A stretch of 60,275 nucleotides of DNA, counting the filler, from Sphacelaria rigidula (lineage: Eukaryota), in the NCBI GenBank assembly GCA_964200075.2. It is 7 parts of 7 records of this genome, joined end to end, with 100 filler letters (N's around TTAATTAATTAA, not from the genome) between each part and the next. Parts side by side here need not be neighbours in the genome. Positions count along the whole stretch, not along the records: positions 1 to 8,527 come from CAXNAA020010882.1; positions 8,628 to 17,154 come from CAXNAA020010883.1; 5 more parts are not named here. One strand, written 5' to 3'. Positions 1-12,500 of the stretch are shown here, one piece after another. How positions within the stretch are numbered: position 1 is the first letter of the stretch; each line of letters starts with the position of its first letter. The notes beneath the pieces are model-generated. The model was not told where the DNA came from. It made no database searches and worked only from the letters and a program-made list of their open reading frames with translations. Both the position numbers and the translations under genes were made by a program.

Positions 1-504
1 CGGACCAGGCTTGCACTCAAACCACCAAGAGCGAAGCGCCGTGATGTGTTTCGCAAGTCGCATGAAGGGTGAGCTACATACTTCCAAGATCGTTCGGCCC
101 GAAGCGTACTGATTGTCTTCCGCATGGATGTCAGTCACGAAGTACAGACTGCCTCGAGGGGCGGGGGGCGCATAATCCATACCGGCAGTAACTTTTTTCG
201 TTTGTCATCATGTGACGAATGTCTTGTAGAGATGAAAACGTCAGGATTCCGCATCAACCGTCTTCCGGGGAAAGGGTGTTTTGTATGACCGCCAAAGAAA
301 AGTGTGTCTTGTGGTTCATACAAGTGAGTTCGAAATGAATTCATTTCCCTACACATAATTTATTCCTCGTCCCACGAGACCGTTACTTGGAACATGACCA
401 TGGTTCGTCACACTGCTCCTCCACCTTCCGTACTCCTTATTCTGTGAGAGGGGAGCGTAGCGTGTGTGGGGGGGCGGGGCGGGGGAGGGCAGGGGCGAGA
501 GAAG

Positions 505-630
505 GAAAAAGTGAGTACTCATGTTTCTGCATGCCGTAGTAATAAGACCATTGACCTCGCATCCCCACAAAGCCGCAACGGAGCACGCCCCGGGTTTTCG
601 TCGGGCCAGGCTCGCGATCAGGAGGGAAGC
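505..630 (+). repeat. Copy of a dispersed repeat family (core GTACTCATGATC..GACCATTGACCTCGCATCCCTACAAAGC)
   Basis: Similar sequence at 2165-2300 (+), 8475-8527 (+), 34504-34560 (-) and 43128-43205 (-). A downstream part of the same family is at 1-105 and 1972-2073. Confidence 0.75.
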
Positions 631-1088
631 GGGGAAATGTCACAACTGGAGTTGTTGCAGGCATGATATTTCGGAGCAGTTTCACACCCTGGATAATGAC
701 AGTAGATTATATTGTAAAAAATGTACTGCGTCCAGTATGAAGCCTATTGTATATTGCAATAGGCGCAATAGTCGATACTGTACGCAGTACACTTTTCGAA
801 TGTGTATTCTTTTGTCCAGGGTATTCCGTTTTTCGTATCTGCCCTGTTTTTCCTGCCACTCGTATAGTTGTTCTTCCTTTGGGAGAGTTCTGTGCGTTCG
901 TATCACCTCGGGCACTTCGAGGACCAACGCCCGGATGGATGGGGTGACTCGTGTACAGAGTCGAACTGGGGGACACTGAACGGAGGTTTGCTCGGCGAGA
1001 ATGATTTGTCATCCAGGCTCGAGACGACATGGTTGGGGGTTACCCCCGCCTTTGTGCCTACCCGCACAACGGGCCATCTTTTTTCGAG

Positions 1089-1829
1089 GCGGCGGTGTGG
1101 TGGAGCGCACTCGAAAGCGCTGTACGAAACTATAAAGGGAGAAGTGCACGGTAAAGGTCCCTACCTGTCTCTTGGAGACGAAAAAAAACGACCTCGGGCA
1201 CTGTCGGTACGTGTGATCTTGTGTGACGACCGCTAGATTCGTGTTCGTGGTGGATAACCAATGTATAATGCAGTGTTGAGACTGATGAATCAATCGATCT
1301 GTTGTTCTGGTCAACCCTCGTCGTGTGGATCACGTTGTCGACATTATTTTTTTCACGGTGCTGGAATGGCGAGCCCACGTCTGTAACCACGGGTTGGAAA
1401 GATGGGACTTCTGTGCGGAAATGATGATGATGATAATAATAATAACACAAGCGATGATGATGATGATAATAGTGATGATGAGAAATTCGAAATGAGAATA
1501 AAAGAAGAACGATAACAATACTTTATTTCCCATTTTCCGGTCCGGCGTAAAAAAACATGACGCGTTGCAAATGCAACGCTATGGAATGGAACGGAATACA
1601 AGAGCACGAGCGACAGTTGAAGTACGCTAAGTGGCGCACGTACCAGTCGTCACACCTGCTGGAGAACGTCAAGCACGAGTTCCTCGATTCGGAGGGGCAG
1701 GTGGACGACCACTACCTCGTTGAAAAGGCGAGGAAGATGGAGAAGAAGCTTCTTTTTGTTTTGTATGGAACAAATGAAAAAGGATGGCCTCACTTCTCTC
1801 GCTTGCTTACAACGCTGTCTCCCTTTTTG

Positions 1830-1862
<33 letters not shown>

Positions 1863-4800
1863 GTATATTGGTGACGTTGTCCCACCTCGGTTATACAAGA
1901 TACAAGGGTGAGAGGTATTTGAATAGTGGAACAAACTTCCCTCCCTATGCTGCACTCGTTTCAGTTATAAAAGGACCAGGCTCGTACTCAAACAACCAAG
2001 CGCGAAGCACCGTGATTTGTTCGGCGAGTCGCATGAAGAGGGAGCTGCATCCTGCTAATACTGTTCGGCCCGANNNNNNNNNNGAGTTGCTTTATTGTCT
2101 GGCATCGCCACTTCCCGAGACAGCCACGGCGTATACACTGCCTCATGGGTGCGTCACCTAATGCTGGGGGGGGGTGTACTCATGATCTCGCATGCCATGG
2201 TCATATGACCGTTAACCTCGCATTCCTACAAAGCCGGGACGGAGCACACCGGGTTTTCGCCGGACCAGACTCGTAATCAATCACCAAGCGTGAAGCGCCT
2301 TCTGGTATCGCCGCTTTCAGAGACAGTCACGGGTTTTTCAGAGACAGTCACGGGTTAAGCACTAGCTCATGGGTGTTTCATCACTCAAACATGACGTAGT
2401 ATGATCATTCCCTTTGCGCGGAATCGAGGTTCTCCCACCCCGCACAATATGTTCTAGCTCGATCACCGCCATGGCTACCGCCAAAAAAACGTCTGATGCG
2501 GAGAAGGGAGAGGGGCGAGGGTAACGTGCCACCCTATTGACGATAATTTACAGCAGTTGAAGGGGCACAATAGCTACAAAATAGGTATATTTATTTTCTA
2601 AGCTCCTTTATTTTATTTCATTTGGAGTATTTATTTTGTGTCATGTCTGTGTGAACCGTTTCTCGGTCCGGTTTTTATTTTGTATTTTTTCTTTTACCCT
2701 AGCTTGGGGTGTACTCATTTGCTACTTGCCTTGGTCGTTTGACCATTGAGCACGCATCCCTTTCGGGACGGAGCACCGTTCGTACGCCCATTAGAGACAC
2801 TCCAACATTTAGATGCGGGGAGAGGGAGGAGATAGTTGATGGTTGAGATCCACTCGTGGGGAAGATGCTCCGAGTCACAGTTTCAGACCCGCCCGTCACT
2901 CACAACCGCACAGAACAAGGAGCTGGGACGAGGCACGTACGGACGGGTGATCCAGGCCACGCACAGGGGCACAGGTCGGAAGTTCGCATGCAAGGTGGTT
3001 AACGTTACCCGGTTGGAGCCGCGACAGGTGTCCAAGCTGTACTCGGAAGTGTCTGTATTGAGAGAACTCGATCACCCCCATATTGTGCGCATGCGAGAGG
3101 TCTTCTATTCCAAGGTAAGAAGCCGATGTATATGATGGCCCATCACATTCGGATCTTGAACGGCTGATGGTTCCCCGTGCCGTAGGCGCCGATTCGGAGG
3201 TGTGTGTACCACTTGGTCGATTGACTGTCGGAAGATTATAGGAATATATATTATTTCGGACCAACGTCGACCCCAATCCTAACCGCAGCCTAAGCCGTAC
3301 CGAGAACCCTCGGGCGAGGGGGTTGCAAAGTGTTCCCTAGGCAAAGGGTGGTGATGGCAGACCTCAAATCGGCGCCTGCAGCACCGATTTTGACGAAAAC
3401 GCGTTCTGCGCACGCCAGGAGCACTGGGGGTTGTCAGCGCCGTGAACGATTCGAATATCGGTGTTCAGACTCAAACCAAATACTAGAATTCCGGGAAAAG
3501 TCTAATCGACCAGGTGGTAATACTACTGCCGATTTGAGCTCTGCGAAGGCGAACTTTGCCGAGGGGAAGTAACCGACTCTATGCGCTTGTTCTTGTCTGA
3601 CCCTGAGTGGTATTGGTTTGTCTTTCTCGTAGGCTGGGGTCAGGAATTAGGGTTCGGCGAAACAAAAGAAGCATGTGTGATAATCATTGATATCGGCGAC
3701 CAACCAGCTTCCCGTACACGTACCTTAGTCGGTGCGAGTAGAGCTTGCGCAGTTCTCGTGGACGTTTTTTCTCGGAATGCTATCACTGGATTCGAGTGTG
3801 AAGACGGATGTTTGGATCTTTAGTCGGGACTGACAGGTTCACGTGCCCCTAGTTTGCGCAGAGAGCCGTACCTACGAGCTGGTCGTAAGACATGGTTGAC
3901 AGAGCGTTCTCGGAAACATGTGATTTTGAACCAACCCTGACCTTACTCTATAAACCCTAACCCTGACCTTATCCCCGACCAAGGCATACGAGAACCCTCG
4001 GGCAGGCGTCCAATCGACTCCGCAGATTTGAACAAAAATACGTTCTGGGCAACCTAGAAGCACATGGGCCTGTCGGCCCCTCCAAAGATCCGAATGTCGG
4101 TGCTCACCGTGAAATTATGTAATGAACGAAGTCAACCATGTTCCAGGACCAATGCGTGAGCTCTGCTGTGCGCAGAAGTCGTCTTCTTTTCAATCGCCGC
4201 CTGCCGCGTCGATTTGAGGTCTGCCACCGCCTACTCTGCCTACAGCGCCCTTTGCATCCCCCTTGCCTGAGGGTTTTCGGTATATTTTGTTGGGGTTAGG
4301 GTTGGGGTAATCGTTATTTCAAAATCACAAATATCCGAGAAATTTCCCCGGACATTGTGTGTGACGAGAGCGGAAAGCACGGCTTCTCTACGTCACGGTC
4401 TCTTTCTCGGGGACGAGGGTCAACAAAAATCGGACTGCTGCTGTGTGGCAACTTGTCCGAGGCGGCAATGGTTGACAGTCTCCCCCGACTGCTTGGAAGT
4501 CGGGGTGGGCGGTGTTTCTCTCGTTGTTATCTGTGGAATATTGCGGTGGAACAGACTACTTACTGACTGCCCTACCTCTCACCAGCAAGCAGTTCTGGTG
4601 AGCACATGCGCTTTGGTTGGATTAGACCAAGCCTGAAACTTCGCAAGTAAGTGAAAATTTGCAAGTGAGGGGTACGCAACCAACAGCGTCCCCCTTCGCG
4701 TCCCCCCCCCCTTCCGTCTATTCGTTTATTATTTTTGTCGAAGCGACACATATATATGATGATGGATCTCGCTACCGGAGGTGAGCTGTTCAGTCTCGTC

Positions 4801-7271
4801 ACCAAGAACCCCGGGGATTGCGCGACGGAGCTGGAGATCAGACGAATGCTCACCAACATGCTCAGCGCGGTAGGTGTAGTACTACTTGTATCTCCGACGG
4901 TTTTGTCATTTATTTTGATGAATTGTATACAATGCTGGTAATTTGCATCTGCCGTTAAATGGCACTGCTGTGTGTGTGTGTATGTGCTTCCCCTCCTTTT
5001 TCGTTCTGGTCACACTTTCAATACCTGTCGTTCCTCGGGACGAGACCGTGGTCCCCGGGGATTAACCCATCTATCTCTCCCCAAGTGCACGCTTTTTATT
5101 TGGTCCGGCGGATTGGATCATGGCCATCAACACTCCTGCACCGCCTCGGCTCTCGTGGACAAAGTCGGCCAAGCTACTTGTTGCTTCTCCGCGGTGTTTA
5201 TGTACTACATCTCGGACGGATTCATCAACTTGCGGCGGTGCAATACGATCGGCATAGTCTCTCATGCTTAATTTTTTGAGTGATTTTTCTCGCTGTGTAT
5301 GTGTAAGTTTTTGTGCACAGATTCGAATGAGAAATCTCGAAGATTGCGTCAGCTTCGCATTATTTGATTGCTTCTCTTTCGTCCGGGGATCGAATTTTGA
5401 GTAATGATCGCCCTCATGGCCTGAGGTACAGCAACTTCATGTATACTGCCGACTTGATCGGTTAGACGGCCGTATTTTAGGGCAGATTTGTGTTGCCACC
5501 GGAGCTGTACCCGGCGTTTTTCCAGATTGCCCAGGTAAACTTGTTCAGCAGGACTTGCACCTGACGATCGCTCTTGATATTGGGGGTTGCCTTTTGTGCT
5601 TTGTATTTTATTCTGATATATGCTGCACTTCGAATATATATATATATATATAAGTGGCTTTGCACACATGGCAGCGCATTTTTTCCCCCCAGCAGGACTG
5701 GTAAAAGATGTACCTGGGGTTCCTTCTTGGTCTCTCCCCTTGCCTTGCGTTCGTCTGTCTTTTGTGTGACTGTGATGGTGTGTACTTTATTTGTTGTTTT
5801 TGTTTTCTTTCCCTTTTACTCTATTCTCTCTATTTTCGTTTTATTGTATCTCCCTTGTCGAGCTCAGGTTGAGCGAACGCTCTCTGGTTTTTATTGATCA
5901 CGCTGGGTAACGTGTATCTAATGACTCTCTCCATCGAAGTCATGTGGTGGAGGCCGACCATTTCTAGTATTATTTTTTTGCCTTGTTTGTGTCTTTGTCT
6001 TTCCTTTTCTTTTCTTTGTCTACTCTCTCTATTTTAGCTTTCTGTTTTTTCAGTTTTCTATTCAAAGCTAGAGGGTCAGATGAAAGTGCGACAAACAATC
6101 AAGCAATCGAACAATAAATTCAAAAAATAATAATAAGCATGTGTTTTCGATTTTTTTTATCTCGAGTATGCCTCACATGTCATTGCGGCCTAACCTCTTG
6201 TGATTAGTTAAAGTACGACAATCAGTCAATCAATCTTGTGGGTAATGACCAATGCTAACACTTTCTATATTTCCCCCTCCCCCCAAAAAACAAAACATCC
6301 CAAAAGTGTCACGAAAAAATGGCCATACAGCGACTGATGTTCGGGTTCAGGCTGCATGAAGCGCCTCATATGGTATAGATTGGCGAGAACGAGCCCAAGT
6401 GTGGGAATCCCCAGCTGCTCGTTGTGCTCGGCTTTTTCTATGTCGATTTACGTGAAGGCATCACTTCCCCAAATCAGGCACTTTTGGGGGGGTCTATCGT
6501 AGCAAGTGTGTAAAGGACGGCAACGAATCAATCAATCTTGTGGGTAAGGACCAAGGTTGGATTACCAAGTAGGTTCGTGTGCGACAATCAATACATCAAT
6601 GCATCTGAGCTGGCGGTGGAGGCAGAGGAGGTTGTACTGGAAGGTACCGCATGCGTCCCTTCCCCACTAGGCGGCCACAAGTGAGAAAATTTGGGATGCG
6701 TGTTGCCAGTATGAAATGGCCCGTCTCACGAATCGCATAAGGCAAACAAAACATATTGCGACCTATGGGTATACCGGAGACCAAATCCAGGTGGTGATCA
6801 CGAAATCTGTCTCTTTTGCTGGCCTGTTTTGACTTCTTTTTTTCATCATTTTTCCGCACATCAGCCAAATCTCTCGAACCCGTCGTCACCGACGTAGACT
6901 CGCCTTTCCAGGACCGTCAGTATACTATTTCTTGAATTCAATGGGAACGCTTATTGAACGGGTACGGTTTATTCTGGAACTCCAAAACAAAACAATTCAA
7001 GAAATAAGAGAGAGAGAAAGAGAGGCGTGAAGAGAACAGAAGAGAAAATCAGATATATTGAAAAAAAACTCAATTTTTTGTTATGTTTTTTAGGTGGGCT
7101 ACATGCACAGGCACGGGATAGTCCACCGAGACCTGAAGCTGGAGAATTGGCTCATGCAGACCCCCGGAGATACGACTGCGATCAAGCTCATCGACTTCGG
7201 CTTGTCGAAGCATTTTGTCCAAGACAAGCACATGCAGCAGGCTGTCGGCTCCACCTACTACGTAGCCCCAG
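1089..7271 (+). CDS. Ca2+/calmodulin-dependent (CDPK/CaMK-like) Ser/Thr protein kinase, multi-exon, partial (3' exons lie beyond the contig end at 8527)
   Basis: Exons with consistent phases: 2914-3114 ([38 protein letters not shown]), 4744-4869 ([16 protein letters not shown]) and 7094-7271 ([28 protein letters not shown]). Tentative upstream exons are 1089-1150 and 1603-1727 (..VDDHYLVEK). Kinase subdomains I-VIII are present. Confidence 0.9.
1832..1861. repeat. (GT)n microsatellite
   Basis: Perfect GT dinucleotide run inside a kinase intron. Confidence 0.95.
3250..4352. mobile_element. Cluster of MITE-family copies in a kinase intron (same family as 22213-22510)
   Basis: 3270-3540 and 3900-4120 match the reverse complement of 22230-22500 (GAGAACCCTCGGGC, ACCTCAAATCGGCGCC, AAAACGCGTTCTGCGCA). 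4160-4350 matches in forward orientation. Confidence 0.65.
4995..5450 (-). mobile_element. tRNA-derived SINE-like repeat (same family as 23425-23720)
   Basis: The reverse complement of 5030-5085 (GATGGGTTAATCCCCGGGGACCACGGTCTCGTCCCGAGGA) matches 23638-23678. A degenerate B-box lies near 5385-5397. Confidence 0.5.
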
Positions 7272-8527
7272 GTGAATCATGACAATACGTAGATTTACAA
7301 CACTTGGATTTACCATAGGTTCGGCCACTCACTATATATATAAAAAATATCATCCCAAAAGGCGCTTTCTGATAATCGACCAAGATCCACTTCTTACGTC
7401 ATCAGAAAACGCGTTTTTTTCAGGGTCCTGCTAGTTACACGTTCAGATATCAATTTGTATGTCGAAAGTTAAGCTAGGCTAGTAAGACGGTGGGTGACCA
7501 CGTGGGAAGCCCTGATTTGACTTGACTTTTGAACAGAGCTCCCCGCGTGGTCCTCATCCCCCACCATAGTATTAGCCTGGCTTAATTTTTGATGTGAAAC
7601 GTGAAATGTGTAACGTGTAGGACCACTGGTTTTCTGGTCGAGCTTTTTTCCAGTCATATTTCTCGATAGCCCAAAGTTATCAGAAAATCTAATTTTCTGA
7701 TACCTTCGGGCTATCGAGAAATGTTGTTTCAAAAAGCGTTTGAACTTCCACCGCTTACCAACTCTACAGCCCTTTACAACCCGTAACAGCACCCATGCTG
7801 GTTTCGCAGCCATCACTTCTGCTACTGGTGCTGCTCGCTGGTACCCAGCCTTTTACGTCCTCGTCTTCCTCCGCCGGTAGAGTGGTGGCCCTTTACCCCA
7901 TGAGATGAGCAAAGGGCGGGGGTCGATGACGAGTACAGTCTCTCTGTAGTCCGTACGTACAGTCAGTATTTGTAGGGCAGTTGAGCTCTGTGCATGCATC
8001 CTGCTGCCAACAACAGTCGCAATGCAATGCAGTACAGACTGTCCATGCACCCTGTACTGTTGTCGGTGCTGTCCGTGCAGTACACTACCACCTTGCGGCC
8101 AAAAGCATAACTATCAGGTCTAGAGTCAGAGAGTACAGCAAGGCGGTGCGCTTGTTAATCGTATTACGTCATGCAGCCCACCATGTATCGCTCAGTCGAT
8201 GTATTACAGTAGTACGGTACGGACCGTACACCACGACACAACAGCAGAGCGCTGGCTCTCTCGCGCGCGCTCCCCAGGATTTGAAAGTTACGACCACAAG
8301 CCTGGAAGAAAACGATAAACACTGCTTTTTTTATTTTGCAACATGTCTATCACATAAGAAGGGGTGCTTCATGAAAATCTGCTGCGAAGTATGTTGTATA
8401 AAAAACGGCTTTTTTCAAGTGTTTTTTTTTTATACATGGGAAGTGGCTTTACACCGTTTCTTCCTCTTGTTTTTTTGTGTGTGGGGGAGGAGGAGGGGGG
8501 GTGTACTCATGACCACGCATGCCATAG

Positions 8528-8627
8528 NNNNNNNNNNNNNNNNNNNNNNNNNNNNNNNNNNNNNNNNNNNNTTAATTAATTAANNNNNNNNNNNNNNNNN
8601 NNNNNNNNNNNNNNNNNNNNNNNNNNN
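8528..8627. other. Artificial contig-joining linker N44-TTAATTAATTAA-N44
   Basis: Identical 100-bp spacers also at 17155-17254, 25780-25879, 34404-34503, 43028-43127 and 51652-51751. The 12-mer has stop codons in all six frames. Confidence 0.98.
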
Positions 8628-9523
8628 CTCATGGAAAATGTTATGCGAAAACCCCCCGAAAAGATGCCATCCGCAGAAAATGCTTGACTGAGGTCTGTGC
8701 AGTACAGGAGGAAAACGCGATCTCGATCGTTATCGTGAAGAACTGTTCACGTATTCATATATCTGATTATTGGCCGTTTCGTTGCGGAAGAGCCGGAAAA
8801 CTGTTTTTATTGGACCAAAAACGGTCAATATCACCCTCCGGATAAACGGGGTATCTAGTCCGTATCGCCCCAAAAACACGAACTTGGGCACTGCAGTTTG
8901 AGCGCCGCCTACGCTTTCCCCTTAATCTACCGGCGCTAGCACTGTCAAGTAGTAATGAAGAATAATACTCGAGAAAAACTCAGGAACTACAACAACTACG
9001 AATTCTGAAAACTTTTGATTCTGACTACTGTAGTGCTAGTACGTGCGAATGCGACGGCAGTACATCCGACGATCTGGCGCCGTGGCGGTGGCATTTTCTC
9101 CTGTACCGTATTACTGTAACACGTGTAGGTCTTACAGTAACATGCCGTATACGAGTAGGTATGATGAAGCGGCGGCATTGTAATGATTCGACAGTACAAT
9201 AGCCTCTATGCTCTCATCGTGGGGTCTACCTTCATGGCAAGGCAATGTGAACCAACCCGACGAGATCGTGTGCTGTGGCTGCCGTCAAAGCCATGCGCAA
9301 GATGGTCAACGAACTACTGACTTTAGCTTGATCAAAACTAGATGTTTGCAGCCTCTTGCGTTGTCCGGCAGTTGTTCTCGGCAGCTTCCGTTGTCAGCGA
9401 ACCCCATAACAAGAACGAAGTTACGACTCGGTAGACACAACCGATGGAACACCAAAGACGAAGTATTGAAGAAATATGCTCCGTTCCGCATCTCTCACTG
9501 CCCACGAACCATAACATCGCCAG

Positions 9524-12500
9524 GCGGCCGCCAAGGCGTTGAAGAAGCTATTGAAGCAAAAGAAAAAGTCCGCAGCTGCCGCCGCCGCTGCCTCCGATGC
9601 CGCAGCCCCCGCCGAAGGAAGGCCCAGAACTCGGTCCATGGATCTTGCGGAGACCACCAACTCGCGACCGCGCACGCGCTCGATGGATTCAGCCGAGGGC
9701 GTCAGTTCACCTGCGGATAAAAGTAGCAAGAAAGACAAAAGCGACAAGAAAAAGAAAAAGAAACGGAAGGTGGAAGGAGATAATGCTGCTGCGGCGGTAG
9801 GTGCTGACGACGGAACCTCGCCGAAAAAATCGAAAAAAATGAAGACGGCTGACGGTACTCCGGCGGCGGAATCCGGTACGGCAGCGGCGGATGCTGCTGC
9901 CAAGGCTAGTTCCAACCTCACGGCCGAGGCCTTTTGCGCCGAGCACAAGATCCTTGTCAAATCCGAAGACGAGAACTTCTCTTGTCCTGTTCCGATGAGC
10001 ACGTTCGACTCCACACCGTTCGGCGGGCCAATCCGTGGTGCCCTCAAGTCAGCCGGTTACCCCGCACCCACACCCACCCAGGCTCAATCTTGGCCGATTG
10101 CCCTGAGCGGACGCGACATCATTTCGGTAGCGAGGACGGGGTCCGGGAAGACGCTCGGATTTTTGCTCCCCGCATTTCACGCTCTCCTGAATGCACCCGG
10201 CGGCAGGAAGCCGAAGTACGGTGCGGGACCGTCCATCGTGGTGCTGGCGCCTACACGCGAGTTGGCATGCCAGATAAACGAGGAGGCTACCAAGTTCGGC
10301 AAGTCTTCGGGTATACTCAGCACGACTGTGTATGGTGAGTTTGTCGTTTGTTTGACACTTGGCACTTCCTTTCTCGCGAGCGTCACGCCCGCGTATATTA
10401 AGGATTACCACCTCATGTGACCGTCCCGCCGTGGGACCCCGTACGCCGGTTCAGTGTAGTCACTCCGAAAGACGACGGCGGACACGACTTGTGGCAAGTG
10501 CTCTTCACTAGACCGTGGTGGAGCATTTCATGATTCTGAAGCACCCACTCTACTGTATATATATCTGGCGCATTGTCTTGAGTTGCCCGAGTCTTTCTTC
10601 GTCTCGTGTAGCTGCAATGCCGAATTTGTTGACATTGCGGCATGCTGGCACATCTCGCAGAGAGAGGGATTTTGGTATCTAGTGTTATCTTCGTACACTT
10701 AGCTGCGTGGTGGTTGTGACCGGAAATGTCTCGGACATCGAACTTTTGTTTCCACCAAATTGCACCGTTAAAGTATTTTCGCAGCTAGTTACCCTCTCAA
10801 CGCATTCACACAAATGTACTTTCGTGACTGGTACCGTTTCTCCTGTGCGTTGTGTGTTTCCCAACGGTAGGCGGTGCCCCCAAATATCCCCAGATCAAGA
10901 AGATCGAAAGTGGCGTGCAGGTGGTAATCGCAACCCCCGGACGTCTGAACGACATCATGCAAATGGGAAAGATCAACATGTCCAACGTTATGACGCTTGC
11001 GCTGGACGAGGCTGATAGGATGCTGGACATGGGCTTCGAGCCTCAGATCCGCACCATCATCGACGCCATGCCCACGAAGCGCCAGACGCTCTTCTTCACG
11101 GCTACCTGGCCGAAGGAAGTGCAGAAGCTCGCGAGGGACTTTGTGCAGAATCCCGTGCATATCACGGTTGGAGACGCTGGAAAGCTGAATGCCAACAAGA
11201 GCATCAAGCAGCACATTCAGGTTAGCTCTTGTATGTTCCGAGTACGTTCTGTGGCGATGCGTGGGTGATGCAAAACCGACGTGATGGCAATGGGGCAGTG
11301 GAGATGTTTCGTGATGGGATGCTGATTCGCTGTTCATCTTGTGCAAAAGACGATGCCATGTGCTTTGGAGTTCGACCTTTCCTCCTGACGAAGACTGGAT
11401 TGCAAAAAGTGGTATTTTCATCGAAGAATATATGTTAGCTGTCTTCTCTCACGTTTTCCTCGTGCGTTGGAGGATCGAAATGCAGCTGCTGTGCATGCCC
11501 GGGTACTCTCGACGTTGTGAAAGCGCTCAAGTATACAGGGTGCTGGCCACATGCGTGTTGTCCTTGAATAGTGCAGTGGATCATCCCCTGTGCTCTTGAC
11601 AATTTTGGGCGTACTTTGTGCGTGTGCAGATGGTCGACGAGAGGGATAAAGGAGACAAACTCTGGGAACTGCTCGGACAGCTGCACCAAAACCCACCCAA
11701 GGCTGACCATGAAAAAACGGTAAGTCACCATTCCCATCACGCGGCACTTCACAGCAAAAGCTTGCACACACTAGACACGGCATTCGAACCACTTTAGTTC
11801 CATTAGAAGGTGTCCCTGTTTCTCCTTGTGCAGTTTTTCTCTGGGCGCGCTTTTACGGGTGGTATCCCTCTGTTTTCTTTTCACTCTAGGCGAAATTCTC
11901 CCGCGTTTTTGCCCGTCAAGTCTTGCATCATGTGCTGTTTTCGAAGATTGGTGTTTGGATGAAGCTTGCGAAAACTTCCTTTGAGAGCTCCGGTGGGGAG
12001 CGCTATCCCGCCGGCCGGTGTGGGCGACGGAATGATACTATTATCTAGGAAATACAGTAATTGATTGCCTGCGAGTACATCCGCGATCGTCTAGGCCACG
12101 GTTATGAGATTTCCAAGTTCTACATGTTAAAAAACAGCCCAGCCCAATTAGTGAAACCTTCCGTTTTTCTTGAGGGACTGCTGATACCTTGGCGAAGATA
12201 TTTTTCCATTTCCTCCTTGAGCACGCGCTGGGGTTATCATCTACCGTCAGAGCCTGTTGGATACCAATGGCGATGCCCTTGAACACGTGGGAGGCATCGG
12301 TAGTATGTGTTCACTTCGCCCTACTACTTCCATGACTCCTCCCACCCCCCCATCCGGTCTCTCGGGAACAGTATCAACGCGTCCTCTTCCCTAATATTCT
12401 CAGCGGGGAAGAGGGTGTTATCCGACGTGTCAGATATTTCTGAGCGGACAACAATGAATCTAAAGACGCGACCGGTGCCGATAAAAAGACTACATCCTTC

